In this document: positions 1-14,631 of the stretch, piece after piece | Numbering within the stretch: the stretch's first letter is position 1 | Layout of the letters: each line of letters begins with the position of its first letter | Source of the DNA: Flaccisagitta enflata | Lineage: Eukaryota | Direction of reading: 5' to 3' | NCBI GenBank assembly: GCA_965153355.1 | Contig: OZ231126.1 | Location: 22,816,001-22,880,000, forward strand | Length of the DNA stretch: 64,000 nucleotides | Position numbers and translations under genes: made by a program | Notes under the pieces: model-generated | Told to the model about the DNA's origin: nothing | The model's input: the letters and a program-made list of their open reading frames with translations, nothing else | The model's database searches: none

Positions 1-348
1 GGGAAGCAGACTTAGATGTAGGTCACAATCTAATTTTGATCTTTAAAAATATATTCTGCATGTCTGTTTGGCAAGATTTAAAGTAATGGTGCTCAAATCC
101 CAGTCCGTAAAATTCCGTTCAGAACATTCAGAACCTCACAAATCACAAGTTTTAGCCACCACTAAGGGTGAACGCCATAAATCAATTTAAAAAACACGCT
201 TTATTTGAACATTATAAAAAGTTATAGCCAACCACAAGTAAAAGAACAAGTGGTTGAGTGCCAATATTGTTGCCACCACGAGGGATGAGAGCAAGGGTTT
301 CTTTTTTCCTATTAATCTTAACTTATGGTTGAAGTGGTTGATTCCTTA

Positions 349-455
349 GAATTGGAGTCGTTGTTTCTTTGAATTGGAGTTGTTGTTCCTTTGAATTGAA
401 GTCGTTGTTCCTTAGAAGTGAAGTCGTTGTTCCTTAGAATTGGAGTCGTTGTTTC
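349..455. repeat. 20-21 bp tandem repeat (GAATTGGAGTCGTTGTTCCTTA-like), ~5 copies, probably in the LINE 3' UTR
   Basis: Repeat units are directly visible downstream of the LINE stop codon on the minus strand. Confidence 0.7.
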
Positions 456-850
456 CAGACCATGCGGCTTTTGATGAAAATCCTAAGACAGGAGGGGAAA
501 AATATTTTGCAAGAGTTCAGCAGAAGGGAAAAAGGACATTTTCACAATATAACAGGACGAGACAAGACAATTAAAAGGTGCTTATACAAGGGAAAGGGTG
601 TTTAATAAAACCCATCCTTACAAGGGAGCGGGGAAGACAGGCAAAACAAGGGACCGGTGACTCATTTTTAAGCGCGGGACTTTTAAGATGACAAGCACAA
701 CAAGGTGGAGAAAAGGGGCCCCCAACTGGACATAGAGGCAAACACAGAAGGGTACGCTTTGTGAAGAGGGAGCTTTTGAATTAGGCAAAACAAGAGCCAC
801 AGAAGTGAATAAGGACAAAAAGCTATGGCAGCCAGACACTTGGGTCAATT

Positions 851-2482
851 TTAAACCTGGTAAAATCTGCAATCAACACAAAGGGGGTTAGAACATATAC
901 ATTTTTCAGCATAGCTCTGAAGAATATCTTTCTTAACTTTATTTTTAAAGCGCTTTGAGGAGTCTATACTTTTCAATTCTTCAATTGAATTGTTCCAAAA
1001 GAGCGGACCTAGAGACGAAAAGGATTTTTTGTTATTCATAGAGGAGTGTCCAGGTAGTCTCACATTATTGGGCTGCGAAACAGATGATCTCAACCCACGA
1101 TCTCTCAAATTAGTATTGAGATTTTCTTTAAATTCATAAACATCAGGACTTACTCCTTTCAACATATTGTACATTAATGTAAGGCATTGAAAGCGGTGCT
1201 GGTCATTCACTTTGAGGATTTCTAATAGTTTCATTCGTGGCTCAGTGTGTGCAAGCCAATGGGAATTATAGATTATTCTAGTAGCTTTTTTCTGTAAGCC
1301 TATAATTCTTTTGAGATTCTTTGCACTTGTTCCCCCCCATACCTCAAGCCCATAGGAGAGGTGAGAGAAGATAAGTGAGTTGTAGATTGTAAGCAAAGAA
1401 AAAGTAGGCACAACCTTTTTTATTCTATTTAGCACTCCCGTGTTTCTTGCCATTTTGTTGGCCACCTTAATGCAGTGGTCTTCCCATGTAAGATGCTCAT
1501 CTAGGGTGATCCCGAGGAATGTAGTGTTTTTTTCACGATCTAATATAACGCCATCCATTACCACACCAAGATTGTCTTCTAAAAATGGGTGGCATTTTTT
1601 TCTGAAACAGACTAATTTGGTTTTATCAGTATTTAGTTTTAACTTATTTGCTTTAAAGAAATCGTTCAGACTTTCCAGTTCATTATTTAGTATGGCTACA
1701 ACCTCAGGAAGATTTTTGCCTTTAATAACAAGGTTAGTGTCATCTGCGAACATAACAGGAACAAGCTTATCCAAGGCAGCCGGAAGATCATTAATGTATA
1801 TCAGAAAGAGGAGGGGGCCCAATATACTTCCTTGGGGCACACCTATCAAAATTGGCGACATTGAGCTTTTAACACCATCCATATCTACAAATTGTTGACG
1901 ATTTGTTAGGTAAGATCTTATCCAAGATAACCATTTACCTCTTATACCGTAATGATCAAGTTTTGACAATAGTATTTCATGGTCTAAGGTATCAAAGGCC
2001 TTGCTCAAATCGCAAAACACTCCTATAGCTAGTTCATTTTGCCTTAGTGCATCCTCAATAGTTTTTAAAAAGTCAAGTGTAGCGTGAGTAGTGTTATGAC
2101 CCCTTCTAAACCCATATTGGGATTTGAATAGGATTTCATAGCGCACCAGGAAATCAAATATTTTGTTGTAGACTAATTTTTCTAAAATTTTAGAGAAAAT
2201 TGGTAGCATAGATATTGGTCTGTAATTAGAAAACAAATATTTTTCACCCTTGTTTTTATAGACTGGTATTACTCTTGCAATTTTGCTCATATCGGGGCAA
2301 ATGCCTGCTGATAATGAGCAATTAATCAAATGCGTAAACATAGGTGCTAGAATGTCCATATCCTGCAATATGACCTTTTGCGACAGTCCGTAGGCATCAC
2401 AGCTCATCTTAGGGCGTAGTAGTCGGCAAGCATTCAGAACATCCTGCTCCCTGAATCTACTAGTCATTAATTGCTCAGTCAC
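851..2482 (-). mobile_element. 5'-truncated non-LTR retrotransposon (CR1/L2-group LINE), ORF2 reverse transcriptase and C-terminal region
   Basis: Uninterrupted 543-codon ORF with RT motifs YRPIS, QYGFR, DLSKAFD, GVPQGSILGPLLFLIYIND, FADDT and FLG. No endonuclease domain is present upstream. The 3' end and TSD could not be defined. Confidence 0.93.
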
Positions 2483-2921
2483 TGTAAACCAAGTTTTATG
2501 AAACCAAGTTTTATGAAGAAAACTATGAATTCATTGAAACGGTTTGTTAGAAAAGACGTGATAATTGAGTGAATAACTGCCATTTTAAAAACATCTCAAC
2601 TTCCATTAAAACTGATTAACCAACAGCAGACTCCCACCAGACATTCTTTTAATATTTTTCTTCACATTTTATGTGTGTTCTCGCACATCTAAAAGAGGTC
2701 ATATCCGTTGGTCGATCGGTCGGTTGGTCTGTGACGCAAACGCGCGCAACGGCCGATTCCAAGTTTTCAACGTCTTTGGTAATTCTTGCTGCCTCATATT
2801 GGCCATGACTTGGCCTAAAGTATTTCAAGTCTTGTTTTCATCCCTCTGATTTTCTATCTCTGCATTTCTTCTCCTCTGCACAATCTCTCTATCTTTCTTT
2901 TTTTCATTTTTCATTTTTCTT

Positions 2922-3051
<130 letters not shown>

Positions 3052-3618
3052 TTTCTTTCTTTCTTTCTTTCTTTCTTTCTATCTTTCCAAACATTCGGTT
3101 AGCCTATTTCATAACCGTCCCTGTCCACGACTACGCAAATTGGGAAGCCGTGTACTCGGTTTTGACTCATTTGTGGTCGCGTACTACGCGACTCTATACC
3201 CCGCTCTGACCGCCAGTCGGTCGGTGGCTTGGTTGGTCGGTCACGTTACCATGGGGTCACTTACCATGGTACATTCAGTAACAGTGTATCAGTCAGTGTA
3301 TGCATGAATCAGTGTGTGTATAAGGGCTTGCATTAGGCAATTCAGGTGTCCCTGCGGTCAGAGCCTGACAGATTGTTTAGTTGTAAACTGATTAAAAGGC
3401 TAAATCATCTTTTGAATTGGACTAGGACAAAAAATGGACCGCTTTTTTGGAAGTCAAGCTTATCTGGAAATTCTAATGTACATCGGACCTTGGGGATGCG
3501 GCCCTACCCTGCTCACTCGCCATTTCTGCTTATCATTCTGGACAACCGGCACCGCTGTCTTGGAGTAATCCTAGTAAGACAGCTGTTTCTGTATGTTTGT
3601 TTGTTTGTCTGGCTGGCT

Positions 3619-3690
<72 letters not shown>

Positions 3691-3964
3691 TATGCACTCT
3701 ATTCTTTTACATGAAGGTTTAACGATGATGATAGAACTGGAGGGTGTCTGCATCTCGAGGAAAGGAACCAAAAACTAGGTATCGAATTTTGAACGTTTTC
3801 GGATCTAAATTCTCAAAGTTTTTTCTTCAATTTTACGCTGCTTTCAATTATAAAAGAAAAGCAAACGTTATAAAAACTGTTTGTAGCTCTATTTTGAAAC
3901 TCTAACCCTATTTTGACGTGATTTGACGAGAATGATTGAAACAAGCCGAGAGCTGCCAAGGTAG

Positions 3965-4030
<66 letters not shown>

Positions 4031-4672
4031 TGAATAGATAGACAGCCATTGTTACAGAGAAAGAGAGAGACCCAGACATAGACAAGAGCAAGAGACATAC
4101 GTTGAGAAAGACAGACAGATGTACAGAAAGATACTTAAAGAGATGCAAAAAGACACAAAAAGACAGTCGGAGCGAAAAAGAGATGAAACGGAGAGGGAAG
4201 GGAGTGAAATTCAGCCTTGAATTAAAAAAAAAGAAAGAACAGATTTTCAAAAGCACTGAAAGTCCACCTTGTGTGTGATATCGTGAATGTATCTTTTTGC
4301 ATTTCAACTTAAAGAGCCTTGAGGCTTGAGGTCAATTTGAACCGTTTGCGTTTCCTTATGTCTAACGATCAGTTTGTTTTTGTTTTTGTTTTTGTTTTTG
4401 TTTTTGTTTTTGTTTTTGTTTTTGTTTTTGTTTTTGTTTTTGTTTTTGTTTTTGTTTTTGTTTCTGTTTTTGTTTTTGTTTTTGTTTTTAGATTCATCCA
4501 ATTTCTCATGCTTGGATATCGTTTGAACGTTAATATTTATCTATAGAAAAGCTGCGAACCATTTAGTTCTTTGGCAAAGGGCAACCCGTAGTTATATAAA
4601 GAATATAGCGGATCAATTTCATGTCTAGTCGGGTTTGCTTCATACTTTACACTGCATGGCGAGGCAGGAAGG

Positions 4673-4767
<95 letters not shown>

Positions 4768-5379
4768 GAATGATATTATCGTTACCGCGTCTGACATATT
4801 ATCAATATCGGCCTGCAATGTGTATTCATCCGAGAAGACTTCACCCCAACTCTCCACCCTACGCATCATTAATTTGAGCAATTTACACCAGGGTTACTCT
4901 TTACATTACTTAATTGCTTTTGATTATCCCGCCAAATTTCTTTGAGTCTACTGTGTGTTTATCAATGTAATCATTACCCCATTTTCTTCCGGTTTGCTTG
5001 GTCAATTTCGGCGCACTGTTAATAGTTATCTGTAGACTTGGCCCCATATCCCCATCCTCCTCCTCCTCCACTTCTTTTCGGGTTAAAAACTTTGAAATGA
5101 TTGTTAAAAGATTCTCTTGAGCATTCTTTGGTCCAAATCCCGCCTCATCCCACGAGATATCGTTCTTTCATTCTTTACTTTTTCTTTTTTTTCTTTTTCA
5201 TTCTTTCTTACTCTCTTTATTTATTTTATTTGTTTCTCTCTTCCTTGCATTTATTCCTTTCTCTTTCTTTCTCTCTTTCTCTCTCACTTTTTCTCTTTCT
5301 TTCTCACTTTGTCTCTTTCATTCTCTCTTTCTCGATCTTTCTCTCTTTCTCGATCTTTCTCTCTTTCCTTCTTTCTTTT

Positions 5380-5457
<78 letters not shown>

Positions 5458-5470
5458 TTATTCTTTCTTC

Positions 5471-5509
<39 letters not shown>

Positions 5510-5522
5510 ATCTTTCCTTCTG

Positions 5523-5578
<56 letters not shown>

Positions 5579-5587
5579 TCCTTTTTT

Positions 5588-5921
5588 GGGCAGCGGCCCC
5601 AAAGGGCCGATGTCCTGTAGGACACAGGGGTGAACCATTACGTATGTACGTCCGTCTGTCCGTCTGTCCGTCCCCCCCCCCGAGGCCCCTATCAGGCCCC
5701 AAATTAGCCCTCTCAAGCCCAAAATCAGCCCTCTCAGGCCAAAAATCAGTCCTCTGAGGCCCAAAATTAGCTCTTCAAGGCCCTAAATCAGCCTTGTCAG
5801 GACAGATGTACGTAATGGTTCACTCCGGTGTCCTACAGGACATCGGCCCTTTGGGGCCGCTGCCCTGCTCTCACACCACTTCTTCAGCTATCACTCCAAG
5901 CAGGGCATCGGGTACCGCTGA
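5588..5921 (+). mobile_element. Non-autonomous Helentron-like element, family 2 (GGGCAGCGGCCCC subterminal inverted repeats)
   Basis: Starts after a T-run. Inverted arms of ~50 bp (gggcagcggccccaaagggccgatgtcctgtaggacac / gtgtcctacaggacatcggccctttggggccgctgccc) enclose a GTCC microsatellite and a 21-bp minisatellite. Related copies at ~13460-13880, 15693-18436, 15747-16263, 27150-27592 (-) and 29575-30247. Confidence 0.65.
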
Positions 5922-6007
5922 CTTTCTCCCTTTCTTTCTTTCTTTCATTTATTCTTTCTTTCTTTCTTCCTATCTTTCTTTCTGTCTTTGTTTCTCTCTT
6001 TCTTTCT

Positions 6008-6079
<72 letters not shown>

Positions 6080-6099
6080 TTTCTTTCTTTACTCTTCTT

Positions 6100-6306
6100 T
6101 GTACAATTGACTGGAAAAATCCTAAAGTCCTCGCTACCTTCCTAGACAAAAAGAAGACAACTCTGCAGCAGAACCTCTTTAGTCGTGAGAGTCTTGAAAT
6201 TCGTCGCCACGAAGCCGCTCGCACGGGTCTCAACGAAAGAAACGACGAAACTTCAAAATTTGTCAAGACAACAGCGTGGGGGCCTCTTTTGAAGCGTCTC
6301 AAATGA
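6100..6306 (+). mobile_element. Penelope-like element 3' fragment (C-terminus of the GIY-YIG region)
   Basis: Translation IDWKNPKVLA...RESLEIRRH...GLN...VKTTAWGPLL* fits the IDW-N..IL / RE.LEI / LN / W.PL pattern at the end of Penelope ORFs. Confidence 0.7.
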
Positions 6307-6711
6307 ACATTGTCATTGTTTAGGGGCGGGGGGCCAGCTCTTCTTGAGCTCTCTAGTCTTTGACCACTTGACCATTGGCTATTGTCTTTTTCCTCTTCCC
6401 TATGTCTTCTTTTGCTCTTCCATGGTTCTTGTCTTCGTTCAGTGCATGAACTATGCTATGGCAAGACATAGCGAAATATCGTGCTTGTTTCTTACAAATT
6501 AAATGTACGTGTTTCCCATTTTGTGAAGTCTTTCTTCTCATTGATAATATCTCCTCTTAAAACTCATCTTCTTTGTTTCTATTTATTCATCTACTTATAT
6601 CTTTGGAGTCTTTCTTTCTATTTTTCATTCTTTCTACTTCTCTTTATTTCATCCCTTTCTTTAGTCGCGGTCACGCGACTCTACGCGTTGCCATGTCGGT
6701 CCGTCGATCCG

Positions 6712-6773
<62 letters not shown>

Positions 6774-6789
6774 ATTGTTATCGTTATCG

Positions 6790-6899
<110 letters not shown>

Positions 6900-7234
6900 A
6901 CTCCGATTTGGTCGATCGGTCGGAAATATTATTGAAAGATGATCATTATCAGTCTTTTTATAGCTTTATACCTCAAAGTATGGTGTGTTTGTATGAAATA
7001 CTGTTGTACTATTGCACTCTCATAATGTCCCTGTCCAACTGTCCGCGACTTTGGCTCTTCTTAAGTTCTGATTGAGATGAAAGAAAATTCGACAGACCAA
7101 AAGAAATGTGATTAGATAACGATTATTGAGTTGTGTTCGGTTCTAATTTTTCCCCCTCCTTACGATATAAATGTCCGAGCTCCTCTCAGGAGAAAAACCT
7201 TTTTGGATTAAATGCATTAAATGTCTGTATCAAA

Positions 7235-7320
<86 letters not shown>

Positions 7321-7739
7321 TCACTTTCTAAATTTCTCTTAATGGCGATATAATTGTCTCATGTGTGGGGTCTAACAATATCTTGCTTCACATATTCAAG
7401 GCTGGTATTAATTTACATTCACAATTGAAACATGGAAAGCGTGAAATGATTAGTTCTCCTTTTAATTCCTAAAAGAGATGATAGCGTGGCCATTTAGAAA
7501 AGGCCTTTTTGTTGGATAGTTGAACTGGAAATTGGATTTTTGGTTGGATAGTTAACTTTCGCTTTTGTTTTTCTTATTCTTTATTTTGATATTTCTTATC
7601 TTGATTACTTGACGGTCCGATAATATTTCTTTATGCGGCTTTCCTAAGTCATTTTTTTTAATATCTTTGGGAGGTCATGGCAGTTGGCAGATAGGTCATC
7701 TTGACGGGGAAAGGACATTCTTTAAAGAGGGAAACAGAG

Positions 7740-7874
<135 letters not shown>

Positions 7875-8737
7875 GACAGACAGAGACAGACAGACAGACA
7901 GGAAAAAGATATCCCTCAGGGACGATCAGACGGACAGATAGACAGACACACAGACACACAGACAGACAGACAGACAGACAGACACACAGACAGACAGAAA
8001 GAAGATATTCCTCACAGACGGTGGAACTGCAACTGACAAAACGAAAATGAGGGGATTGAGCTGAGATTGCTTTTTTTCGCTCTCTTTTTTTAAAAAATAT
8101 TTGTAATGTCTTCAACATTGCATTCAAGATATGAAATTCATTTTTTAAGTCACTTGCTACGCGACTCTTCACCCTGCTTTGTCGGTCTGTCGGTCTGTCG
8201 GTCCACTTTTTACTATTTCAGCGTTTGTTACCTTTTTGAGCACACCACCCCCTGTTCAAACGCCCAAATGACATTCCCTATCGTTGCCGCGGCCCACTCG
8301 CACGCGACTGTGGTAGCCGTGTATGCTGCCTTGTTTCTGATTCCATCTCCTCGTTCATTAGCGTTCGTTGGTGAAAATATCCGTTGCGTTGGAAAATCGT
8401 ACCAACGGCGTCGCCAATGCAAAACGATAAGATTTGGGCGTAGTTAAGATAAACTGATCACTTAAAAGGATGGACAGCTCAGCATGTTTGGATGGCCCTA
8501 ATTTCTTTTCAACCTGGACGGCAAATTAGGCGAAAATACGGGGGGTACCATTTTAGGCTGAATTTCGGACTAGAGTTGACACTTAAACCACTATAGTCAG
8601 ATTTGGACTCAAGTGAAATAAAAGTTTACATCCCTCATTTTCAATTCCAACTAGAGTGTTTTTTGTTTTTATTCACTCATGGGAATTCTCTAAGTTTGAT
8701 TTACTTTATCAGTGAAAAAGAATGATTTATAGTTTTT

Positions 8738-8944
8738 AGTCGCGTGCTACGTGACTCTACACTCCGCTTTGTCGGTCCGTCCGTTGGTCCATCGGTCCGT
8801 CCGTCGGTCCGTCCGTCACACTTTACTTTTTTTGGGTTTTGCTTTCTTTGGCCTTACTGCTCTTGTCCAAATGATGAAGTGACCTCAAAATATAGCCCCT
8901 GCCCACCCACACGCGACTGGAGTAGCCGTGTATCCGGCCTTGTT
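8738..8944 (+). mobile_element. Non-autonomous Helentron-like element (HINE/DINE-1-like), family 1, representative copy
   Basis: TT insertion site, 5' palindrome AGTCGCGTG(C)ACGCGACT, (GTCG/GTCC)n microsatellite, 3' partial copy CACGCGACT and terminal hairpin GCCGTGTATCCGGC-CTTGTT. About 20 copies in the window, e.g. ~3175, 6662, 8148, 9088(-), 11524, 11791, 12105, 18716(-), 19130(-), 20540(-), 26480, 28437(-), 33623, 40564-40726(-), 42768, 51120. Confidence 0.75.
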
Positions 8945-9952
8945 TTATTTAGTTCTGGATTTTTTTCACTGTTGAGCTTGACCTTTTTTTAAAACCATTT
9001 TTTTACCCATTCAAAAGAAAGAAATATTGAAACTATGTGTAAGAATAAAACAATTTATCATAAAGAATAATCTAAGAATGAAAAAAAAACAAGGCCGAAT
9101 ACATGGCTTCCCCAGTCACGTGCGGTAGGGCAGGGGCCATAATTGAGGTCAGGGGAATATTTGGGCGGGAGCAATAAGGCCAAAACCCCCATTAACGCCA
9201 AAAAAGTAAAGTGTGATAGACGGACGGATGGACGGACTGACGGACGGACCAACGGACAGACTGACGGTCAGATGGACCAACAAAGCGGGGTGTAAAGTCG
9301 CGTAGCACGCAACTAAAAATCTACATCTGACATTTCCTGATTCAATATTTTTAGAATTTAAAAAAAAATAATAAATATTTGAAAAAATTAACAATATCAT
9401 TTCTGAAGAATTCTTTTATTAAGATTTTCAAAAATTTACAATTATAGATTAGATACAGATATAGCATAAAAGAAATCATGTGTGATGTAAATTAGATCTA
9501 AACAAGGCCTAAAAAAACTTTGTTTTTAAAACTAATCTGAAAACCACTCTAGTTAGAAGGGGCAGTTAAGTTTGAAAACCACTCAAATCTGATTCTGCCT
9601 TGAGTGGTTAGGGAGCTTACTGCCCTAATTTTCAAATGAGGATTCGGCCTTAAGTGCCCTCCTCGAACATACGGTCAGAAACGGCAATTTTTAGATTAAA
9701 GAAAGCGCACTTTGGTGGTTCAGAATGGGCGGGCACTGGGCACTGGGCAGGGACAAAAATGCCCGACTTTACAATTGTTACTCCAGCTTCAATTATAGAC
9801 GGACGGACAGATTACGGACGATGGGAATCATTGCCCCTCCCGAAACGTGTTCATGGTCCACATGTATCCATGTATCCCACACACCTTATCGTTTCGTCCG
9901 TTAGTCCCTCTCTCTCTCTGTCTTTCTGTCTCTGTCTGTCTGTCTGTCTGTC

Positions 9953-10119
<167 letters not shown>

Positions 10120-10268
10120 CTCTCTCTCTCGTTCTCCCTCTCTTACTCTGGTCCTGCAGGAGAAGCTAAAAGAGGCCTGGATCCCCGGTTCATCCGGCAA
10201 AAAATTCTCTCTTCTAATCAGATTAACTACGAGGCATTCCTCGGCCTGTCTAAAGCTATAAAGAAAAG

Positions 10269-10373
<105 letters not shown>

Positions 10374-11382
10374 CTGTGATTCGGTGGGAGACACACACAC
10401 TAATAACGCTGAAAGGAAGGCATTTTTGTTGAACGATGAAGCCGAGTTAATTTTTCTTGACAACGAACAAGAAGAGATGATCCGACAAGCACGAGGGAGT
10501 CGAGTGAGGGTTCTCATTTAATCCTATTCGTTTCAACTGTTCATTCACGCCCCAATGACAGTAGTTTTAGTGTGTTTCATGTATGTTTCATCTGTTTCAG
10601 TTATTTCTGACGTACTGTTTTGCAAAAAGAGTCTCTTATTCAGTCGAATTTCGTCGCGCGGATCGGTCGGTCAGTTGGGCCATAAGTTGGTTCGAAAATG
10701 GGTCCATAACTATAAGAGTTGAGTTGGTCCTAAAGTTGATCTGTCGTTCTCAGTTCTCCACTGACGTCACCCATCCCACTTTTTACATGGTTGATTTGGC
10801 ATTTAGGGTGAATTGTTCATCTGGAATGGAGCATGTGTTTACTCCTCCGTGTTTTTAGATCTCCATCTATTTCTCTGTCTGTCTTTTTCACTATCTCTCT
10901 TTTTTCTTCTTTATCTGTATTCTCTCTGTCCCTCTCTCTATCTCTGTCTCTGTCTGTTTCTTTGTTTTGTTTTGTCTCTTTCTTGGTTTCTTTGTTTTTT
11001 CATCCTCCTCTCTGGAGCTAAGCGTTGACGAAAGTTTAAAGAAACCTGCGATAGTCGTATGGCGATATCCAACTCTACAATTAGCAAACCTAACCCATCC
11101 CTAGCCCTAGCCCTAAGCCCCAACCTAGGCCCAAACTCATCACCCGATTATAAACAAAAGACACGAATTGAGTTTGCAAAAGAGACCTTCTTTCAAATTA
11201 GCCTTGATACGTAAAGGTCCAAGGTGGTAATAATGATAAATCTGGAGAGTCACTTATCAGACCTCGAATTGTCAACATTTACAGAATGGTTACAGACACA
11301 TTTCATCTCGCTCATATTGGACTTCTCCGTGTTAGAGGCCATTTCTCTCTAAACCCCCTCTTTCTCTCTCTCTCTCTATCCC

Positions 11383-11426
<44 letters not shown>

Positions 11427-12461
11427 TCTCTCCACTCTCCTTCTCATTCACCGTTTGCAATTTTACTATTTGATCAAAATTCAAAGAATCACTTTTAGAT
11501 TTGTACTCAAAATAACAATTTTTAGTTGCGTGCACGCGACTCTACAACCCACTCTGTCCGTCAGTTGGTCGGTCACGCTTAGTTTTTTTCGGCGTTTACG
11601 GGCGGTTTGGGGGTTACTGCTCCTGCCCAACTGCTTTGTTGGTCAATTTCATCACTGCCCCTGCCCACCCGCACACAACTAGGGTAGCCGTGTATACGGC
11701 CTTGTTTTAGCCATGAGCTAAACGACTCTATACGTATAACCCACTTTGTGCGTTTGTCTGTTGGTCGGTCAGTTGGTCCTTTGCTTTTTTAGTCACGTGC
11801 TATGCGACTCTACACCCCGCTATGTCGGTCGGTCGGTCGGTTGGTTGGACGGTTGGTCGGTCAGTTGGTTGGTTGGTCGGTCGGTCGGTCGGTTGGTCGG
11901 TTGGTCCCCTTTTTACTTTTTGGGCGTTTTCATGCTTTTTGAGTATACAGCTCCTGCCAAGAAGCTGTGGTCACCTTCTCCAGCACTGCTCCTGCCCACC
12001 AGCACGCAACTAGGGTAGCCGTGTATCCGGCCTTGTTTACTTATTTAGCATTAATGGACATTTTTTTTTATTGCTCCAGCCCAAATGCATGAGTAGTCTT
12101 TTTTAGTAGCGGACAAGCGACTCTATAAGAGGCTTTGTCCGTCTGTCCGTCCGTTGTTCGGTTGGTTGGTTGGTCGGTCGGTCCGTGGTGATCGAGTTGG
12201 AAATTGTGAAAACGCGCATTTCCGCCCCTGCCCACCCGTCCGACTGGTATTGGCCGTGTATCCGGCCTTGTTATCACTACTAGTGCCCGCCTGCACATGA
12301 CTTGGGTGGTCATGTATCCATCCTTGTGTAAAGCAAGGAAATTACATGGTAAGAGCAAATGAAAATTTCACTTTCAAAATGGAAATTTCACTTTTCGAAT
12401 GAAAATTTGAGTGCGGAGAGACATCATTCTTAAAATAAAAATTTCCCTATCAATTTATCTA

Positions 12462-13054
12462 CTATCTAGGAAAAAAGTTTGGAAACACTTAGGGTTGACG
12501 GTATGATTTCTCCCTCCTGTGCTCAAAACTCATGTACCTGATTGTTTTTGATTATTTTCATATCTATACTAACTAGAACAAAAAAGAAAAACAATCTTCA
12601 TTCCAATTTAGGGATGGCAAGTTTGGTTTGTGTATCACAACTAAGAGATTGTTATAGTAAAAATGGTAGATATTGGTCATTTTTGTGTGCATAATTGGGC
12701 TACTTCCCTTTTGAAATCTGACTAAAGATCCATGAGATTATGAAACTAGAGCTCAAGAGCTAACCAGTGGTGCAATCGGCATGTTTCTATCACTTTTTGC
12801 TAAAATTTGAGGGCATTTCAAAGATGGAATGGGAGGAGAAAGAAGAAATCTACTTGTCCTGCCATTTTTGAAAGAACGTGATCAACTGCAAACTGATGGC
12901 ATTTCTTAACAGTTTGATGCACAAATACAAGATTGCGCTCAGATTGTAAATTTTTTAACATAGATTAAAATGCTCATAAATTTTGTTTATTTATGTTAAC
13001 GAGAAGTCAAGATATCTCTCTTTAAAGGTGTTTCCAAACATATTTCCTAGAAAG
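12462..13054. mobile_element. ~600 bp MITE, TA TSD, TIR beginning CTATCTAG (Tc1/mariner-type)
   Basis: TA|ctatctaggaaaaaagtttggaaacac ... gtgtttccaaacatatttcctagaaag|TA. Confidence 0.7.
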
Positions 13055-14631
13055 TACAAACACCTGGAGGAATTAATAAGAAAATTTTCTTTAACGTGAA
13101 TCTAACCTGATATCCATCTCTTATCAATCATCCTCACGTCTTTTAAATTCAAAACAATGTAAAGAAGAGTTTGCGCTCCATCGCAATCTCCACTATACGT
13201 AGAAACTTATTGATCCATCATTCTCAGTTTTGTTTTCCTTCAATCAAGTCTGATGAATGAGTGTAGCCCATTGCATAGGATTTTTATTATATATCGTTTT
13301 TATTTTCCTCTTCAGTCGCGTACATCATGTGGCTCTATAGCCCGCCATCTCTATCGGTCGGTTGGTCTGGCGGTCAGACTGTAAAACTTAGTTTTTTTGG
13401 CGTTTACTGGTGGTTTAATCTTTACTGCCCCTTCCTAAAACAGTAAAAGCTTGGTTAGCCCTTTTTGGCAGGACACAGGGGTGAATTTCCAGACGTCTCT
13501 CTGTCCCTCTGTCCGTCTCCCCCTATCGAGGCTTCGAATCAGCCTTCTTAGGCCTGATTTTTGCTCTCAGAGCCATCAAACTAGCCCTCCCAGGCTTCAA
13601 TTTCGCCCTCCAGGCCTCAAATCAGCCCTACGTGCCATAGATCTGCCCTACGCCAGCCTCCTAGACCTCAAATTTGCCCTCCAGGCTTCAGGCCTGCTCT
13701 CAAACCTCAAGTGTGTCCTCCAGGCCTCAAATCTGCCCTACAGCCATCGAATCTACCCTTCAGCACTAAAAGAGCACTAAAAGAGTACGTAATCTGAGTC
13801 CAGAAATATGCCCACTCAAGTCGTCTCGAAATTCAACCTTGTGTCCTACAGGATATCGGCCCTTTGGTGCCGCTGCCGTGCCAAGTGGCCACCCGCACGA
13901 GACTTGGGGAGCCATGTATCAGGCCTCGTTTAATTGTTATTCTCTCACTATAGTATAGATACACAAAAGGCTACCACCCATGACGATCAACTTTAAGATA
14001 GTTCCGCAGAATGATCGCCAGATCTGAATCGTCCGAGAAATGCCACAGTAACTGCTTACAAAGAATATAGAAGACATGAGCCCATGACTGAGGTTGAAGT
14101 TTCACAGCAGTGCTAATCACAGCCTAAGTTAACGCATTCTACGCAACACTACATGTCACTTTTTAGTGAGTCGGTCCGTCCGTCCATCGGTTCATCAGTC
14201 CATCACAAAGTTTTCTAGTTCTCAGTTGCGTGCCATACAACTCCTGGATGATTGCAACAGATGACCCAACAGACAGACAATTCCTACTCGGCCTTGTTCC
14301 TCTTTTTTTCAAGATTTTCTGGTCGGTAATTTTATTCAATGTACTAATTGTTAGGTTAACCTAGCCAGCTTCATTGATGATGTTCATCTGTTTTATTACT
14401 TCGTGGAGAATGACGTTGGGATTCTAATGTATGAGTTCTATGATTGAAAAAACAAAACAAAAGACATTCATATGGATGAAAATAACCAGGTCTTTATATA
14501 GTTCCGTATTTCCCCCTCCCCCGGTGGGGGCGGGCGGAAATAATCAGAGGGTTTGGAGAAAGGGAAGAAAAAAGAAAGAGGAAAAAAAAAGAAGATTTGG
14601 GGAAAATGTCGCTATTGGCAGTACACTCATT

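Noticed and set aside
1440-1898. 152-aa plus-strand ORF
   Set aside because: It is the antisense shadow of the LINE RT ORF.
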